From Acholeplasmatales bacterium DTU056 (GTDB lineage Bacteria > Bacillota_I > Bacilli_A > ML615J-28 > CAG-698): a DNA stretch of 35,528 nucleotides. Numbering within the stretch: the first letter of the stretch is position 1; the number at the start of each line of letters is the position of its first letter. The DNA lies in NCBI GenBank assembly GCA_001512985.1, contig LFRX01000046.1, positions 28,302-63,829 on the forward strand, read 5' to 3'. A program made the translations under genes and the position numbers. This document shows positions 10,441-19,444 of the stretch, piece after piece. The notes under the pieces were generated by a model that was not told the origin of the DNA, ran no database searches, and worked only from the letters and a program-made list of their open reading frames with translations.

Positions 10441-11445
10441 TTATAATAAGAAAATATTATATTTTCTTAATTTTTCGACTTCTTCTTCATCCCAAATAGA
10501 AACTTGTACTTCCCCGATATGGGCTTTTTCAAGCATTACCATGCATAATCGAGATTGACCAATACCACCACCGATTGTTAATGGTAAGCGGTCATTTAAA
10601 ACATCTTGGTGATATGATAGATGTAATTTATCTAATGATTTGACTTCTGTCAATTGCCTAATTAACGAGTCTTTATCAACCCTGATACCCATTGACGACA
10701 ATTCAATAGCGCAATCTAGCAATGGATACCAAACTAATAAATCTCCATTTAACTCCCAATCATCATAGTCAGGCGCACGCAAATCATGAGGTAGGTCGTT
10801 AGATAGTTTTTTACCGATTTGCATTATAAAAACTGTTTTTTTCTCTTTACAAATAGCATTTTCTCGTTCTTTAGCAGTTAAATGGGGATATAATTGATAT
10901 AATTCTTCCGAAGTAATAAAAAACACATCTTTCGGTAAATCAATAGTAATTTTTGTAAAGCGTTGTTTAACAATTTCTAACGTTTCTACAATCGCATCAT
11001 TAATTAATCGTACGATTGATTGTAAATAATCAATGGTTCGATCCTCTTGAGTAATTATTTTTTCCCAATCCCATTGATCAACATAAATTGAGTGAAGATT
11101 ATCTAATGATTCTTCAACCCGAATGGCATTCATATCTGTATATAATCCTTCATAAAGTGATAAACCATATTTTTGTAAAGCCATTCGTTTCCATTTTGCT
11201 AAAGAGTGAACTATTTCGATTTCTTCATTAATATCTTTAACAATAAAACTAACCGCCTTTTCTCGACCAGTTAAATTATCATTTAGCCCCGTTTTGGGGT
11301 GAACAAAAAGCGGGGCTGAAACACGAATCAAATTCAATTTTTCGCTTAGTTTTCTTTCGAAAGTATCTTTAATTAATTTAATTGCGTGTTGAGTTTCTAA
11401 TACATTTAACTTGCTTTGATAATGTCTAGGAATAATACTTTTCAT
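10441..11445 (-). CDS. asnA: Aspartate--ammonia ligase (asparagine synthetase A)
   Basis: 334 aa. The class II aaRS-like AsnA pattern is present (LNVLETQHAIKLIKDTF, VSAPLFV, GGGIGQSRLCMVML). Confidence 0.88.
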   Translation of the reverse strand: MKSIIPRHYQSKLNVLETQHAIKLIKDTFERKLSEKLNLIRVSAPLFVHPKTGLNDNLTGREKAVSFIVKDINEEIEIVHSLAKWKRMALQKYGLSLYEGLYTDMNAIRVEESLDNLHSIYVDQWDWEKIITQEDRTIDYLQSIVRLINDAIVETLEIVKQRFTKITIDLPKDVFFITSEELYQLYPHLTAKERENAICKEKKTVFIMQIGKKLSNDLPHDLRAPDYDDWELNGDLLVWYPLLDCAIELSSMGIRVDKDSLIRQLTEVKSLDKLHLSYHQDVLNDRLPLTIGGGIGQSRLCMVMLEKAHIGEVQVSIWDEEEVEKLRKYNIFLL

Positions 11446-11458
11446 AAAACGATACCTC

Positions 11459-12832
11459 TTATTCTAAATTAGGTAAAGAGGCCGCCGCGATTGATTGTCC
11501 TACACGACGTGTGTACTCATCAGGTGTAGTTAAATTAATATGCTTATATTCTGGAAATTCATTGTCTAACACTTGTTTTGCGACATTAATAATTATATCG
11601 CCGCCTTTTCCACTCATGACTCGTCCTAAAAGTAATACGTGCTTAATTGAATAAAACTCACTGTAATAAGCTAAGGTATAGCCTAAATAAATTCCAATAT
11701 CTTCAAAAATCGTTTGAGCTCGTTCATCATTTTGATTATTTAAACTTTGCACATATTTTAATTTTTCAGCTGGACTCATGCCATCTTGAAAACTGATTCC
11801 CGCTGCTTCTGCAAGTTTGATTACTGCATCTTGTGAGAAATATTTTACACCACAGCCGTAATCGCCGCTCCATTCGTCAATCATCGCCATTGGATTAAAA
11901 TCAACCGGTGCAAACGCTAATTCATTAAGCCATCCAGTTAAGTTATGATTTTTATTAACATAACCAACGGCTTCACTAGTTCCCATCGCTATTCCTAATA
12001 CTTCATTTGCGTTAAGTTGGTTAGCACCCGCTAGAGCAGTAACTTCACCATCATTTACTACTCTAAATGGAATATCACCAAAAGTGTCTTTGACGGCACG
12101 AATATAAATATTTTTTACTTCGCGGGCAAAAACATCATCAGGAACTTTAATAAATAACGAAGCTACTCGTACCTCATTATTAATATATATTCCTGCTGAA
12201 CTAATTCCAACAGCATCGACTCGCGGCATTTTCGAAGCTGCCAATTTAAATGATTCCACAATCCCATCATAATGATATTGTGGGTCACTTTGCAATTTAG
12301 GATGCCATACTGTCTCAGTGCTAAAAATTACTTCACCATCAACAACAGCAGAAACTTTACGGTCGCTTCCGCCAGCATCAAAACCAATTCGACATCCTTT
12401 TAAGTCATTAACAATTTTAATTTCTTCTTCTTTTAATGGCGGGATTTCATCATAAGTTACTTTTATAACTTCGAATGGAAAACCATAAACTCTTTGCATA
12501 AATAATGCATCAAATTCGCGTTTTCCATTTTTTTGATATTCTTCTTTTAAACGACGATAAATTTCATTAGATCCAGCTACATAAATTTTATATCCACCGG
12601 CTACCCATAGAATTGTTTTTACTAGCCTTTCAACAATTTGATAATTATAATCATCATATCCCGTATTATCTTGAAAGATGTCCATTTTCAAATGATAATT
12701 ATATCCATCATTTCGCTCAATACAAATATATAATAAAGACTTATTATTGCTTTCATTAACAAGGTCCTTAAATTTTCTTAATTCTAAAATAGCTGGGCGA
12801 AATCCTGGATCGTATTTTGGAGCAAATCTCAT
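11459..12832 (-). CDS. ROK/ASKHA-type sugar-kinase-like protein with an N-terminal extension of about 145 aa
   Basis: 457 aa. From about residue 148 it shows ROK-like motifs IGFDAGGSDRKVS, VGISSAGIY, VVNDGEVTALAG and GIAMGTSEAVGYV. It has no CxCGxxGCxE zinc motif. I do not recognise the N-terminal part. A strong SD (GGAGGA) precedes the start. Confidence 0.6.
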   Translation of the reverse strand: MRFAPKYDPGFRPAILELRKFKDLVNESNNKSLLYICIERNDGYNYHLKMDIFQDNTGYDDYNYQIVERLVKTILWVAGGYKIYVAGSNEIYRRLKEEYQKNGKREFDALFMQRVYGFPFEVIKVTYDEIPPLKEEEIKIVNDLKGCRIGFDAGGSDRKVSAVVDGEVIFSTETVWHPKLQSDPQYHYDGIVESFKLAASKMPRVDAVGISSAGIYINNEVRVASLFIKVPDDVFAREVKNIYIRAVKDTFGDIPFRVVNDGEVTALAGANQLNANEVLGIAMGTSEAVGYVNKNHNLTGWLNELAFAPVDFNPMAMIDEWSGDYGCGVKYFSQDAVIKLAEAAGISFQDGMSPAEKLKYVQSLNNQNDERAQTIFEDIGIYLGYTLAYYSEFYSIKHVLLLGRVMSGKGGDIIINVAKQVLDNEFPEYKHINLTTPDEYTRRVGQSIAAASLPNLE

Positions 12833-12851
12833 AAATTGTCCTCCTTGTTTA

Positions 12852-13331
12852 TTATTTATCGTTTATTTCAAGAACTTTTACTACAAATTCGGCTCCTGTA
12901 TCAGTTTTAACAATGACATCTTCCCCTTGTTTAGCATGTAGTAAAGCTGAACCTAATGGAGATTCATTGGAGATTTTATCACCAAGTGGGTTAGATTCAA
13001 GACTGCCAACTAATTCAAATGTGCGTTTTGTTCCGTTTTGAAATTCAACAGTAATCAATTTGCCTAAATTAGAATTTAGCCCTGCAGCAGATGAATCAAT
13101 AATTACAGAATTTTTAATAATTTCTTCTAACTCTTTAATTCGTCCTTCTAGACGTGCTTGCTCATCACGAGCAGCATCATAATCTGCATTTTCTGATAAA
13201 TCCCCTTGAGCACGTGCTTCTTTTAAACTTTCAATAACACGCTTACGATCTTCATTTTTTAGTTTGTTTAATTCCCTTTTTAAATTTTCTAAGCCTTCTG
13301 GTGTTAAATGATGTTTTCCATTACCTTTCAT
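12852..13331 (-). CDS. greA: Transcription elongation factor GreA
   Basis: 159 aa containing ARAQGDLSENADYDAARDEQARLEGRIKELE (coiled-coil finger) plus the C-terminal globular domain. Confidence 0.92.
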   Translation of the reverse strand: MKGNGKHHLTPEGLENLKRELNKLKNEDRKRVIESLKEARAQGDLSENADYDAARDEQARLEGRIKELEEIIKNSVIIDSSAAGLNSNLGKLITVEFQNGTKRTFELVGSLESNPLGDKISNESPLGSALLHAKQGEDVIVKTDTGAEFVVKVLEINDK

Positions 13332-13379
13332 CGTGTGACTTCCTCCAAATTTTTTTATTGTTTTATAAATTTTATTAAT

Positions 13380-13408
13380 AGTATACTAAAGTTATGAATA
13401 AAAATCAA
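13380..13408 (-). promoter_or_regulatory. Putative sigma-A promoter of greA
   Basis: The minus strand reads TTGATT (13403-13408), a 17-nt spacer, then TATACT (13380-13385). Confidence 0.35.
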
Positions 13409-13409
13409 C

Positions 13410-14609
13410 TTAATTTTTTGTAAGTCGACGGACCATATCATGTTTAGCCAATTTAAATGGTACGTAGATTTTTAGAATTTGTTGGGGATGACGAGCAGCA
13501 TCTAGTTCTTGACCTTCTTCAGAAAAAATTTTAGTCACTTGATAAGTGGTGTTTGGTAAAGACGGGCCAAAAAACTCTAGATAATCGCCCGGTTCAAAGT
13601 AGTTTCGTTGTTCGATTGTGGCAATGTTAGATTGTTCATCATAATCTAACACATATCCACAAAACTCTTTAGTAATTTTTTCACTACGTTGGTTATATAA
13701 TTGTTGATCTTTAGTGACTTGTCCTAATAAAAAGCCCGTTGATGATTCGCGGCTTTCAGCCTTTTTTAATTCTTCTTCATAATAATTATAGTTTACTTTT
13801 CCAGTTCGTAAATATTCATCAATTAAATTACGGTATGCCCTAACTACTGTTGCAATATAATAAATCGACTTCATCCGTCCTTCAATTTTTAAAGACTGGA
13901 CCCCAATATCAATTAGTTTTGGCACCACCGTAAAGGCATTTAAATCTTTAGAAGCAATATTAAAATAATTGCCATCATCATTCAATATTTGATTATCATA
14001 ATATAAGTCATAATTCCAACGACATGAATGGGCGCAGCCCCCACGATTAGCATCGCGGTTTGTCATATAATTACTTAACATACAACGCCCAGAATAACTA
14101 ACACACATTCCGCCATGAATAAATACTTCTAAGTCACAAGTTGTATTTTTTCGTAGTTCTTCTAAATCTTTTAATGACAATTCCCTTGCTAAAACTATAC
14201 GTTTTATTCCCAAATTTTTAATAAATTTCGTAGCATAGGAATTAGCGACTGACATTTGAGTACTTAAATGAACTTCTAAATTAGGAACTACTTCTTTTGC
14301 AACTTTTGCAATATATAATGACGAAACTATTATTGCGTCAACCTCAATCTCACTTAAATATTTTAAATAATCAACTAATTGGCTTATATCTTCATTGTGC
14401 GGAACGATATTGGTTGTTACATAAACTTTTTTACCACGTTCATGCGCAAATTCTACAGCTTCTTTAATATCTTCTAAAGTAAAATTGCTGGCTCGCGCTC
14501 GAAGACCAAATACTGGTCCACCAATAAATACTGTATCAGCACCATACAAAATGGCAATCTTTAATTTTTCTAAATCGCCCGCTGGCGCAAGCAACTCCAC
14601 TTTAGTCAT
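13410..14609 (-). CDS. yrrO: Peptidase U32 family protein (YrrO/TrhP-like, tRNA U34 hydroxylation family)
   Basis: Carries the U32 signature EVFIHGGMCVSYSGRCMLS. The start was trimmed to ATG 14607-14609 (MTKVELLAPAGDLEKL, SD AAAGGTGAG), which overlaps the upstream gene by 8 nt. The trmR-yrrN-yrrO-greA synteny matches B. subtilis. Confidence 0.75.
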   Translation of the reverse strand: MTKVELLAPAGDLEKLKIAILYGADTVFIGGPVFGLRARASNFTLEDIKEAVEFAHERGKKVYVTTNIVPHNEDISQLVDYLKYLSEIEVDAIIVSSLYIAKVAKEVVPNLEVHLSTQMSVANSYATKFIKNLGIKRIVLARELSLKDLEELRKNTTCDLEVFIHGGMCVSYSGRCMLSNYMTNRDANRGGCAHSCRWNYDLYYDNQILNDDGNYFNIASKDLNAFTVVPKLIDIGVQSLKIEGRMKSIYYIATVVRAYRNLIDEYLRTGKVNYNYYEEELKKAESRESSTGFLLGQVTKDQQLYNQRSEKITKEFCGYVLDYDEQSNIATIEQRNYFEPGDYLEFFGPSLPNTTYQVTKIFSEEGQELDAARHPQQILKIYVPFKLAKHDMVRRLTKN

Positions 14610-15474
14610 TGCGCTCACCTTTTCGTAAAACAGTTTTTTGATATAAAAATCCCGAATGAATATTATCATCTATTTTGCGTAATTTATCCATATTTTCATT
14701 TGTAAATCCGTTTTCTATTCCAATTTTATAAAGCGTAATCACTTTTTGTAAATTTTCTTCATTAATAAATCTTCCAGAGATTAAAATCAATTTTAATGAA
14801 CGTAATTTTTCAAGTTCAGTATAAATAGCATATTTATATGGTGAATAAATATATGTTCCATACGGTGTTTCCGTAATTGGATATTTATTAGGACGATTTT
14901 CTTCAACTAACATTAATTCGTGATTTTGAAACCTATTTTCCATTTGACGATGTGCATAATATAAAGAAACTAAATTTCGTTTTGAATAAAAAATTTGGTG
15001 ATAACCATAAACATTTAAAGCACCATTACCAACTTTACTAATTTCAATTATATCCTCAAGCGGAATCTCATTTGAAATAAAATATGCATATACACCATTT
15101 TCTTTCCAAATTTGAGCATCTCCGTAATTAGTAATCATGGTCCGGGCATTATAAATTAAGTTGTGATGAAGATTTTTTTCATAAAAATATTGATAAATTC
15201 CAACATCACTAAAGACAAAATACTCTACACCTAAATTTAATAATTCATCAATTTCTTCAAAAGCTTTTTGAATTTCTTGTTCAGTAAATATACGATTTAC
15301 ATTTGCAATTATCATTTTGGAATTTATTTTTCCATACTCTACTAGCTTTATAACTTCTTCATTTGTTAAAAAGTCAGTATGAGTATCAGAAAGATATTGA
15401 TGATTAAAAATCAAGCCATCGGCTTGATTTTGATCTAAGTTACTTATATTTTTAATTTCAGTAATAATTTTCAT
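14602..15474 (-). CDS. yrrN: Peptidase U32 family protein, short paralog (YrrN-like)
   Basis: 290 aa, TIM-barrel-like U32 relative located between the O-methyltransferase and the long U32 gene. It is assigned mainly by synteny. Confidence 0.6.
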   Translation of the reverse strand: MKIITEIKNISNLDQNQADGLIFNHQYLSDTHTDFLTNEEVIKLVEYGKINSKMIIANVNRIFTEQEIQKAFEEIDELLNLGVEYFVFSDVGIYQYFYEKNLHHNLIYNARTMITNYGDAQIWKENGVYAYFISNEIPLEDIIEISKVGNGALNVYGYHQIFYSKRNLVSLYYAHRQMENRFQNHELMLVEENRPNKYPITETPYGTYIYSPYKYAIYTELEKLRSLKLILISGRFINEENLQKVITLYKIGIENGFTNENMDKLRKIDDNIHSGFLYQKTVLRKGERND

Positions 15475-16104
15475 CTACTTCACCTTAATACTAACTGCTA
15501 TGCCATCTCCAATATTATAAAAGGTGGTGTCATAGCGGGGATGTTCTTTTAAAAAGGTATTATAATTGCCAATTTTTCTTACTAATTGGCGTAGATTTCG
15601 ACTCGCAATATGTTCAGGCGTAGTAATTAAACCATGAAATAAAATATTATCAGTGATAATTATCCCGCCAGAAATAAGTAAATTATCAAATTTTTCAAAA
15701 AAAACTTTATATTGGGATTTTGCAGCATCGATGAAGATTAAGTCATATTCAGGATGTAATGTAGCTAAATCAAGTTTTAAAGCATCTTCATTAAACACAC
15801 GAATACGATTTTCTAAGTTACATTCTTTAATATTTTTAATGGCAAGACTAGCCAAATTGGCATCCCGCTCAATAGTATCAATAAAGGCTCTCTCATACGA
15901 TAGAGCCATGTTAATTGCACTATAACCTATTGCAGTGCCAATTTCTAAAATTCTCTTTGGCTTGGTGATTTTTACAAGTTGATTGATAAAGCCCATTCCT
16001 TCTTCATTAATAATCGGCACTTTATGTTCTTTCGCATAGGTAGCCATTTTTTCTATGATTTGATTGGACGGTAATTTATTTAATCCAGTAAGATAATCAT
16101 TCAT
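15475..16104 (-). CDS. trmR: SAM-dependent O-methyltransferase (YrrM/TrmR-like, caffeoyl-CoA OMT fold)
   Basis: 209 aa with SAM motif I ILEIGTAIGYS plus FIDAAK and IITDNILFHG. It is immediately upstream of the two U32 genes. Confidence 0.7.
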   Translation of the reverse strand: MNDYLTGLNKLPSNQIIEKMATYAKEHKVPIINEEGMGFINQLVKITKPKRILEIGTAIGYSAINMALSYERAFIDTIERDANLASLAIKNIKECNLENRIRVFNEDALKLDLATLHPEYDLIFIDAAKSQYKVFFEKFDNLLISGGIIITDNILFHGLITTPEHIASRNLRQLVRKIGNYNTFLKEHPRYDTTFYNIGDGIAVSIKVK

Positions 16105-16154
16105 TAAATCACCTATTCCTATTAACTTGTATTATTATACATTATTTTTACAAA

Positions 16155-17423
16155 TTATTCAAGGTAAAAGCAAATATTAATATGAGAATAATTTTTCTTT
16201 AATAATCGTTGATAACTATTTTTTAAGCCCAAATTAAGAAGTTCTACTAAATATATACGTGAATATAAAGGAATTGGACTTTGATCATTTGCTGGTAATA
16301 GGTGATATTTTAGTAATTGGGAAAGTTGAAAACGAGATAATCCTTCCATTTTAGCAACTAAATAATTAAGAAATTTTTTATGAATAGAATCATATTTACT
16401 AAATGTATAACTTTTAGCTTTAGCTATTAATTCTTGATAATCAGCTTGTCTACTTAAATAACCACATAAAATCAATAATGTAAATTCCGCCGCATTCAGC
16501 TTTTCTTTACTCTGCAATAATTCATATGCCTGCTTAAACAATTTATTATTTAGATAAATTAAAGCCTGATAGTAAATAATTCCGTCTTGAAAAGTGTTTA
16601 ATGATTGATCAAGAGTTAAATTGTGTAAATCTATTAATGATTGATTGTGCTTTTCTCGTGACTGTATTTCAAGCATCATCATTTGCAATTTATATAATCG
16701 CCAGAATGGATAATTAATAAAACGTTCTTCTTTTAAAATATTTAAACAATATTCTAATAAATGACGAATATTTAAATGATAAGCAACAATAAATAATTGC
16801 TCATAATATAAGGCTTGAAAAGGTGAAACATTTTTAGCCAAATTCATTAGTAAAGAAATATTGCTTTCTATTTTTCTAAATTGATTTGTTTTTATATAAT
16901 ATTCCGTTGCTAATAAAGTAAAAATATTCAGCTCTTCAGCAGTTAAAGTTGATTTAACATCATTTATTAAGTCTATCTCTTTTTCGACGGCTGGAAAATT
17001 ATTTTTATACAAATAAAAAATTATTTTTACTAATCCATCATTGGCACAATAATATGGATTATCAAGAATACTTTCTAAACTATTAATTTTATCTTCATAA
17101 TCATATAAATACCACTTCAAAATCTCTTTTAAATCTTTTTGCTTATGCTGCTTAACTAACTCTTCAAAATTAATATCCAATCTTTCACATATAGCCTCTA
17201 AATATGAAGTATGAGCTACAATACTCATATTTTCAATTTTTGATAAATAACTGAGACTACATATTCCCTTAGCAATCGCCTCTAGTGTTAAATTTTTGGC
17301 CAAACGTTGCTGCTTAATAGCCTGCGAAATTTTCCTAGAAATTGCTTCATCAAGTTCAAATTGTTTTGTGTTAACTTGTCCACCAATATAGTGATTTGAT
17401 AATTTTACTGACATATTATTCAT
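16155..17423 (-). CDS. XRE-family HTH regulator with a long TPR-like C-terminal domain (RNPP/NprR-sized)
   Basis: HTH segment LAKNLTLEAIAKGICSLSYLSKIENMS is followed by about 330 aa of helical-repeat sequence. The start was trimmed to ATG 17421-17423 (MNNMSVKL) because GGAGGGAG sits 4 nt upstream. Confidence 0.7.
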   Translation of the reverse strand: MNNMSVKLSNHYIGGQVNTKQFELDEAISRKISQAIKQQRLAKNLTLEAIAKGICSLSYLSKIENMSIVAHTSYLEAICERLDINFEELVKQHKQKDLKEILKWYLYDYEDKINSLESILDNPYYCANDGLVKIIFYLYKNNFPAVEKEIDLINDVKSTLTAEELNIFTLLATEYYIKTNQFRKIESNISLLMNLAKNVSPFQALYYEQLFIVAYHLNIRHLLEYCLNILKEERFINYPFWRLYKLQMMMLEIQSREKHNQSLIDLHNLTLDQSLNTFQDGIIYYQALIYLNNKLFKQAYELLQSKEKLNAAEFTLLILCGYLSRQADYQELIAKAKSYTFSKYDSIHKKFLNYLVAKMEGLSRFQLSQLLKYHLLPANDQSPIPLYSRIYLVELLNLGLKNSYQRLLKKNYSHINICFYLE

Positions 17424-17454
17424 TATCTCCCTCCCTAAAACACTGTTCGACAAT

Positions 17455-17484
17455 ATCTTACAAAAGTTTTACAAGAATTGTCAA
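17455..17484 (-). promoter_or_regulatory. Putative sigma-A promoter of the XRE-TPR regulator
   Basis: The minus strand reads TTGACA (17479-17484), an 18-nt spacer, then TAAGAT (17455-17460). Confidence 0.45.
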
Positions 17485-17539
17485 TAATTTGAGTTTGAAA
17501 AAAACATGAGTTTTTTAGTGCTATTTTTAAGTATCAATC

Positions 17540-18241
17540 TTAATATCGTTTATCTAGAAGCATATGGTAGTGATTTAATTGTTGTTTGTTGTGTCGATAA
17601 TTAGGTAAATATTTATATAGTTCTAAATAAAACTTTCGACTATGGTTAGGGACAATCAAGTGAATAATCTCATGAATTATTACTACTTCAATTAAATTCG
17701 GTGGTAAGTGAATTAATCTAGTATTTAAAATAATTTTTTGCAAGTGATGAAAACATACTCCCCATCGTGAACGATAATTTTTAAAATCTAGATTTACTTC
17801 AAATTGATTATTAAATTTTCGAAATAATATTTCATTAAACATATCTTGAAGATATTTAATATTTTCCTGTCTAATTGTTGTTAAATATTTCTTATTCGTT
17901 TTTAAATTTACTGGTATATATATTTTGGATTCTTCGATAAAAATTTCTTTATAATCTTTCGAAAATATAATTTCATATAATTTCCCAAATAACCAAATTT
18001 TTTGATCACTTAATAAATATTCAAATTTTAATTTGTTTGCTTGTTCAATTAATTTTAAAAATTTTTTTATGATTTTATCTTTGTTTTGAAATATTTGATT
18101 AATAATAAAATCATTTGTCAAACGATAATTAGCATTAGCAATTATTTCATTTGGATAATAAAATTTTAAACTAATTCCACGATTTCTAGTTTTATTAATC
18201 GTTAATTGATACTCCATATTATCTAAATAAATCTTTGGCAT
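17540..18241 (-). CDS. DUF45 / YgjP-like (COG1451) HExxH zinc metallopeptidase
   Basis: 233 aa. RSRWGVCF...IILNTRLIHLPPNLIEVVIIHEIIHLIVPNHSRKFYLEL matches the family pattern (RWGSC ... HELxHL..xNHS..FW). AAAGGAG SD. It lies 27 nt after the M50 gene with no hairpin in between. Confidence 0.8.
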   Translation of the reverse strand: MPKIYLDNMEYQLTINKTRNRGISLKFYYPNEIIANANYRLTNDFIINQIFQNKDKIIKKFLKLIEQANKLKFEYLLSDQKIWLFGKLYEIIFSKDYKEIFIEESKIYIPVNLKTNKKYLTTIRQENIKYLQDMFNEILFRKFNNQFEVNLDFKNYRSRWGVCFHHLQKIILNTRLIHLPPNLIEVVIIHEIIHLIVPNHSRKFYLELYKYLPNYRHNKQQLNHYHMLLDKRY

Positions 18242-18268
18242 ATTAAACTCCTTTTAATGTATCATTTT

Positions 18269-18865
18269 TTAGTTTCGTTGAATTATTCTTTGCAATAAAT
18301 AGTAATCACGTTGGAATGATAACATAATATTTTTATAAAGTAAATAAATTACAATAATTATCAACGCAATACTTAATAATTTAAACGCATAAAAACTAAG
18401 CACTATAAGACAGAAAGAGGAAATTATTAGTGATATCATATATTCAGTTTGAAACTTACAAAACATAGATAAAATATTTGTTAATATTAAATATCCATCT
18501 AATGGAAATATTGGTAAACTATTGAAAATTATTAAAATCAAATTAAAGTTCAGAATCATTTCTTGGTATTTAAAACTTGGCCCATTATAAACTATCAAAT
18601 AAATAATTCCATTAGTTAATATCCCTGCAAATTGTATGATTAATAATTTAAATTTTGATATTTTTCGAAAACTAATATCAATAATTCCACCTAATGCTGT
18701 GATGGTTATTGACACAATTTTTTGATTAAATATTTTGGCCCACAATAAATGGCTTAATTCATGTAACAAAATTGAAATAAAAAATATTAAAAACGGTATA
18801 AATTGACTAGTAAATAATGATAGTAGCAATAATATTAAAAATGAATAATGAATTCGAACTTTCAT
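18269..18865 (-). CDS. spoIVFB: M50 site-2 intramembrane metalloprotease, SpoIVFB-like but lacking a CBS domain
   Basis: 198 aa, polytopic, with HELSH and FNSLPIFPLDGY (NxxPxxPLDG). By eye it aligns with B. subtilis SpoIVFB from the N-terminus (KVRIHYSFL vs LKIHVHPFL) to the post-TM linker (QRDYYLLQRII), where it stops. It shows a 4-nt ATGA overlap with the upstream SpoIVFA-like gene. Confidence 0.7.
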   Translation of the reverse strand: MKVRIHYSFLILLLLSLFTSQFIPFLIFFISILLHELSHLLWAKIFNQKIVSITITALGGIIDISFRKISKFKLLIIQFAGILTNGIIYLIVYNGPSFKYQEMILNFNLILIIFNSLPIFPLDGYLILTNILSMFCKFQTEYMISLIISSFCLIVLSFYAFKLLSIALIIIVIYLLYKNIMLSFQRDYYLLQRIIQRN

Positions 18866-19404
18866 ACTGGTAACACGTCATCAAGATTTACGATTCCATT
18901 CTTTGAGTAAACATATAAGTCAAAAGTATCATTATTTACTTCACCAATGATATCTCCAGCTTTTACATATTGATAGATATTAACCTTTTTATTTGAAATA
19001 TTATCGTAAACATATTCATACCCATCAATTGATTTTACTGTTATCTTGTAAGTATCTTTCTTTTCAATTTTTACAACAACACCACTTCGGATATTTTTAA
19101 CACTACTAGAAACGTTTATTCTTCTTCCGCCATCAATGATTGTATAATCATCATAAACAACTGTACTAGTTTCTTTAGTATCTTCAATATCAATTGGAAT
19201 TAGTTTTAAATTTGGACGATTAAAATAACTAATGATTTTTACGATATTAATATTTTGACGCATTGCATTTTGAACCTTTTCTAAAGAAACTATATTATAT
19301 CGTGTCCCAATTAACAACAGTACTAATAATGATAACCCAATTACCATTTTATATAAAAAGCGATCAATCATATTTAATTCATAATCCTGCTTATTTCTAC
19401 TCAT
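18862..19404 (-). CDS. spoIVFA: SpoIVFA-like bitopic protein with a degenerate LytM/M23-like C-terminal domain
   Basis: The start was trimmed to ATG 19402-19404 (MSRNKQDYEL..., SD GGGTGAGAAG). This removes the overlap with radC. It has one TM segment (MVIGLSLLVLLLIG). The C-terminus SGVVVKIEKKD...GYEYVYDNIS...VKAGDIIGEV resembles LytM without obvious metal ligands. Confidence 0.6.
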   Translation of the reverse strand: MSRNKQDYELNMIDRFLYKMVIGLSLLVLLLIGTRYNIVSLEKVQNAMRQNINIVKIISYFNRPNLKLIPIDIEDTKETSTVVYDDYTIIDGGRRINVSSSVKNIRSGVVVKIEKKDTYKITVKSIDGYEYVYDNISNKKVNIYQYVKAGDIIGEVNNDTFDLYVYSKNGIVNLDDVLPV

Positions 19405-19444
19405 CTTCTCACCCTTAATATAACATATGCATACAAGCATTAAA

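Noticed and set aside
17490-17520. 8-codon ORF (MFFSNSNY) upstream of the XRE-TPR regulator as a possible signalling pro-peptide, and a weak A/T hairpin there as a terminator.
   Set aside because: The ORF has no SD, overlaps the regulator's -35 box, and is shorter and less hydrophobic than known RNPP pro-peptides. The hairpin consists only of A-T pairs.
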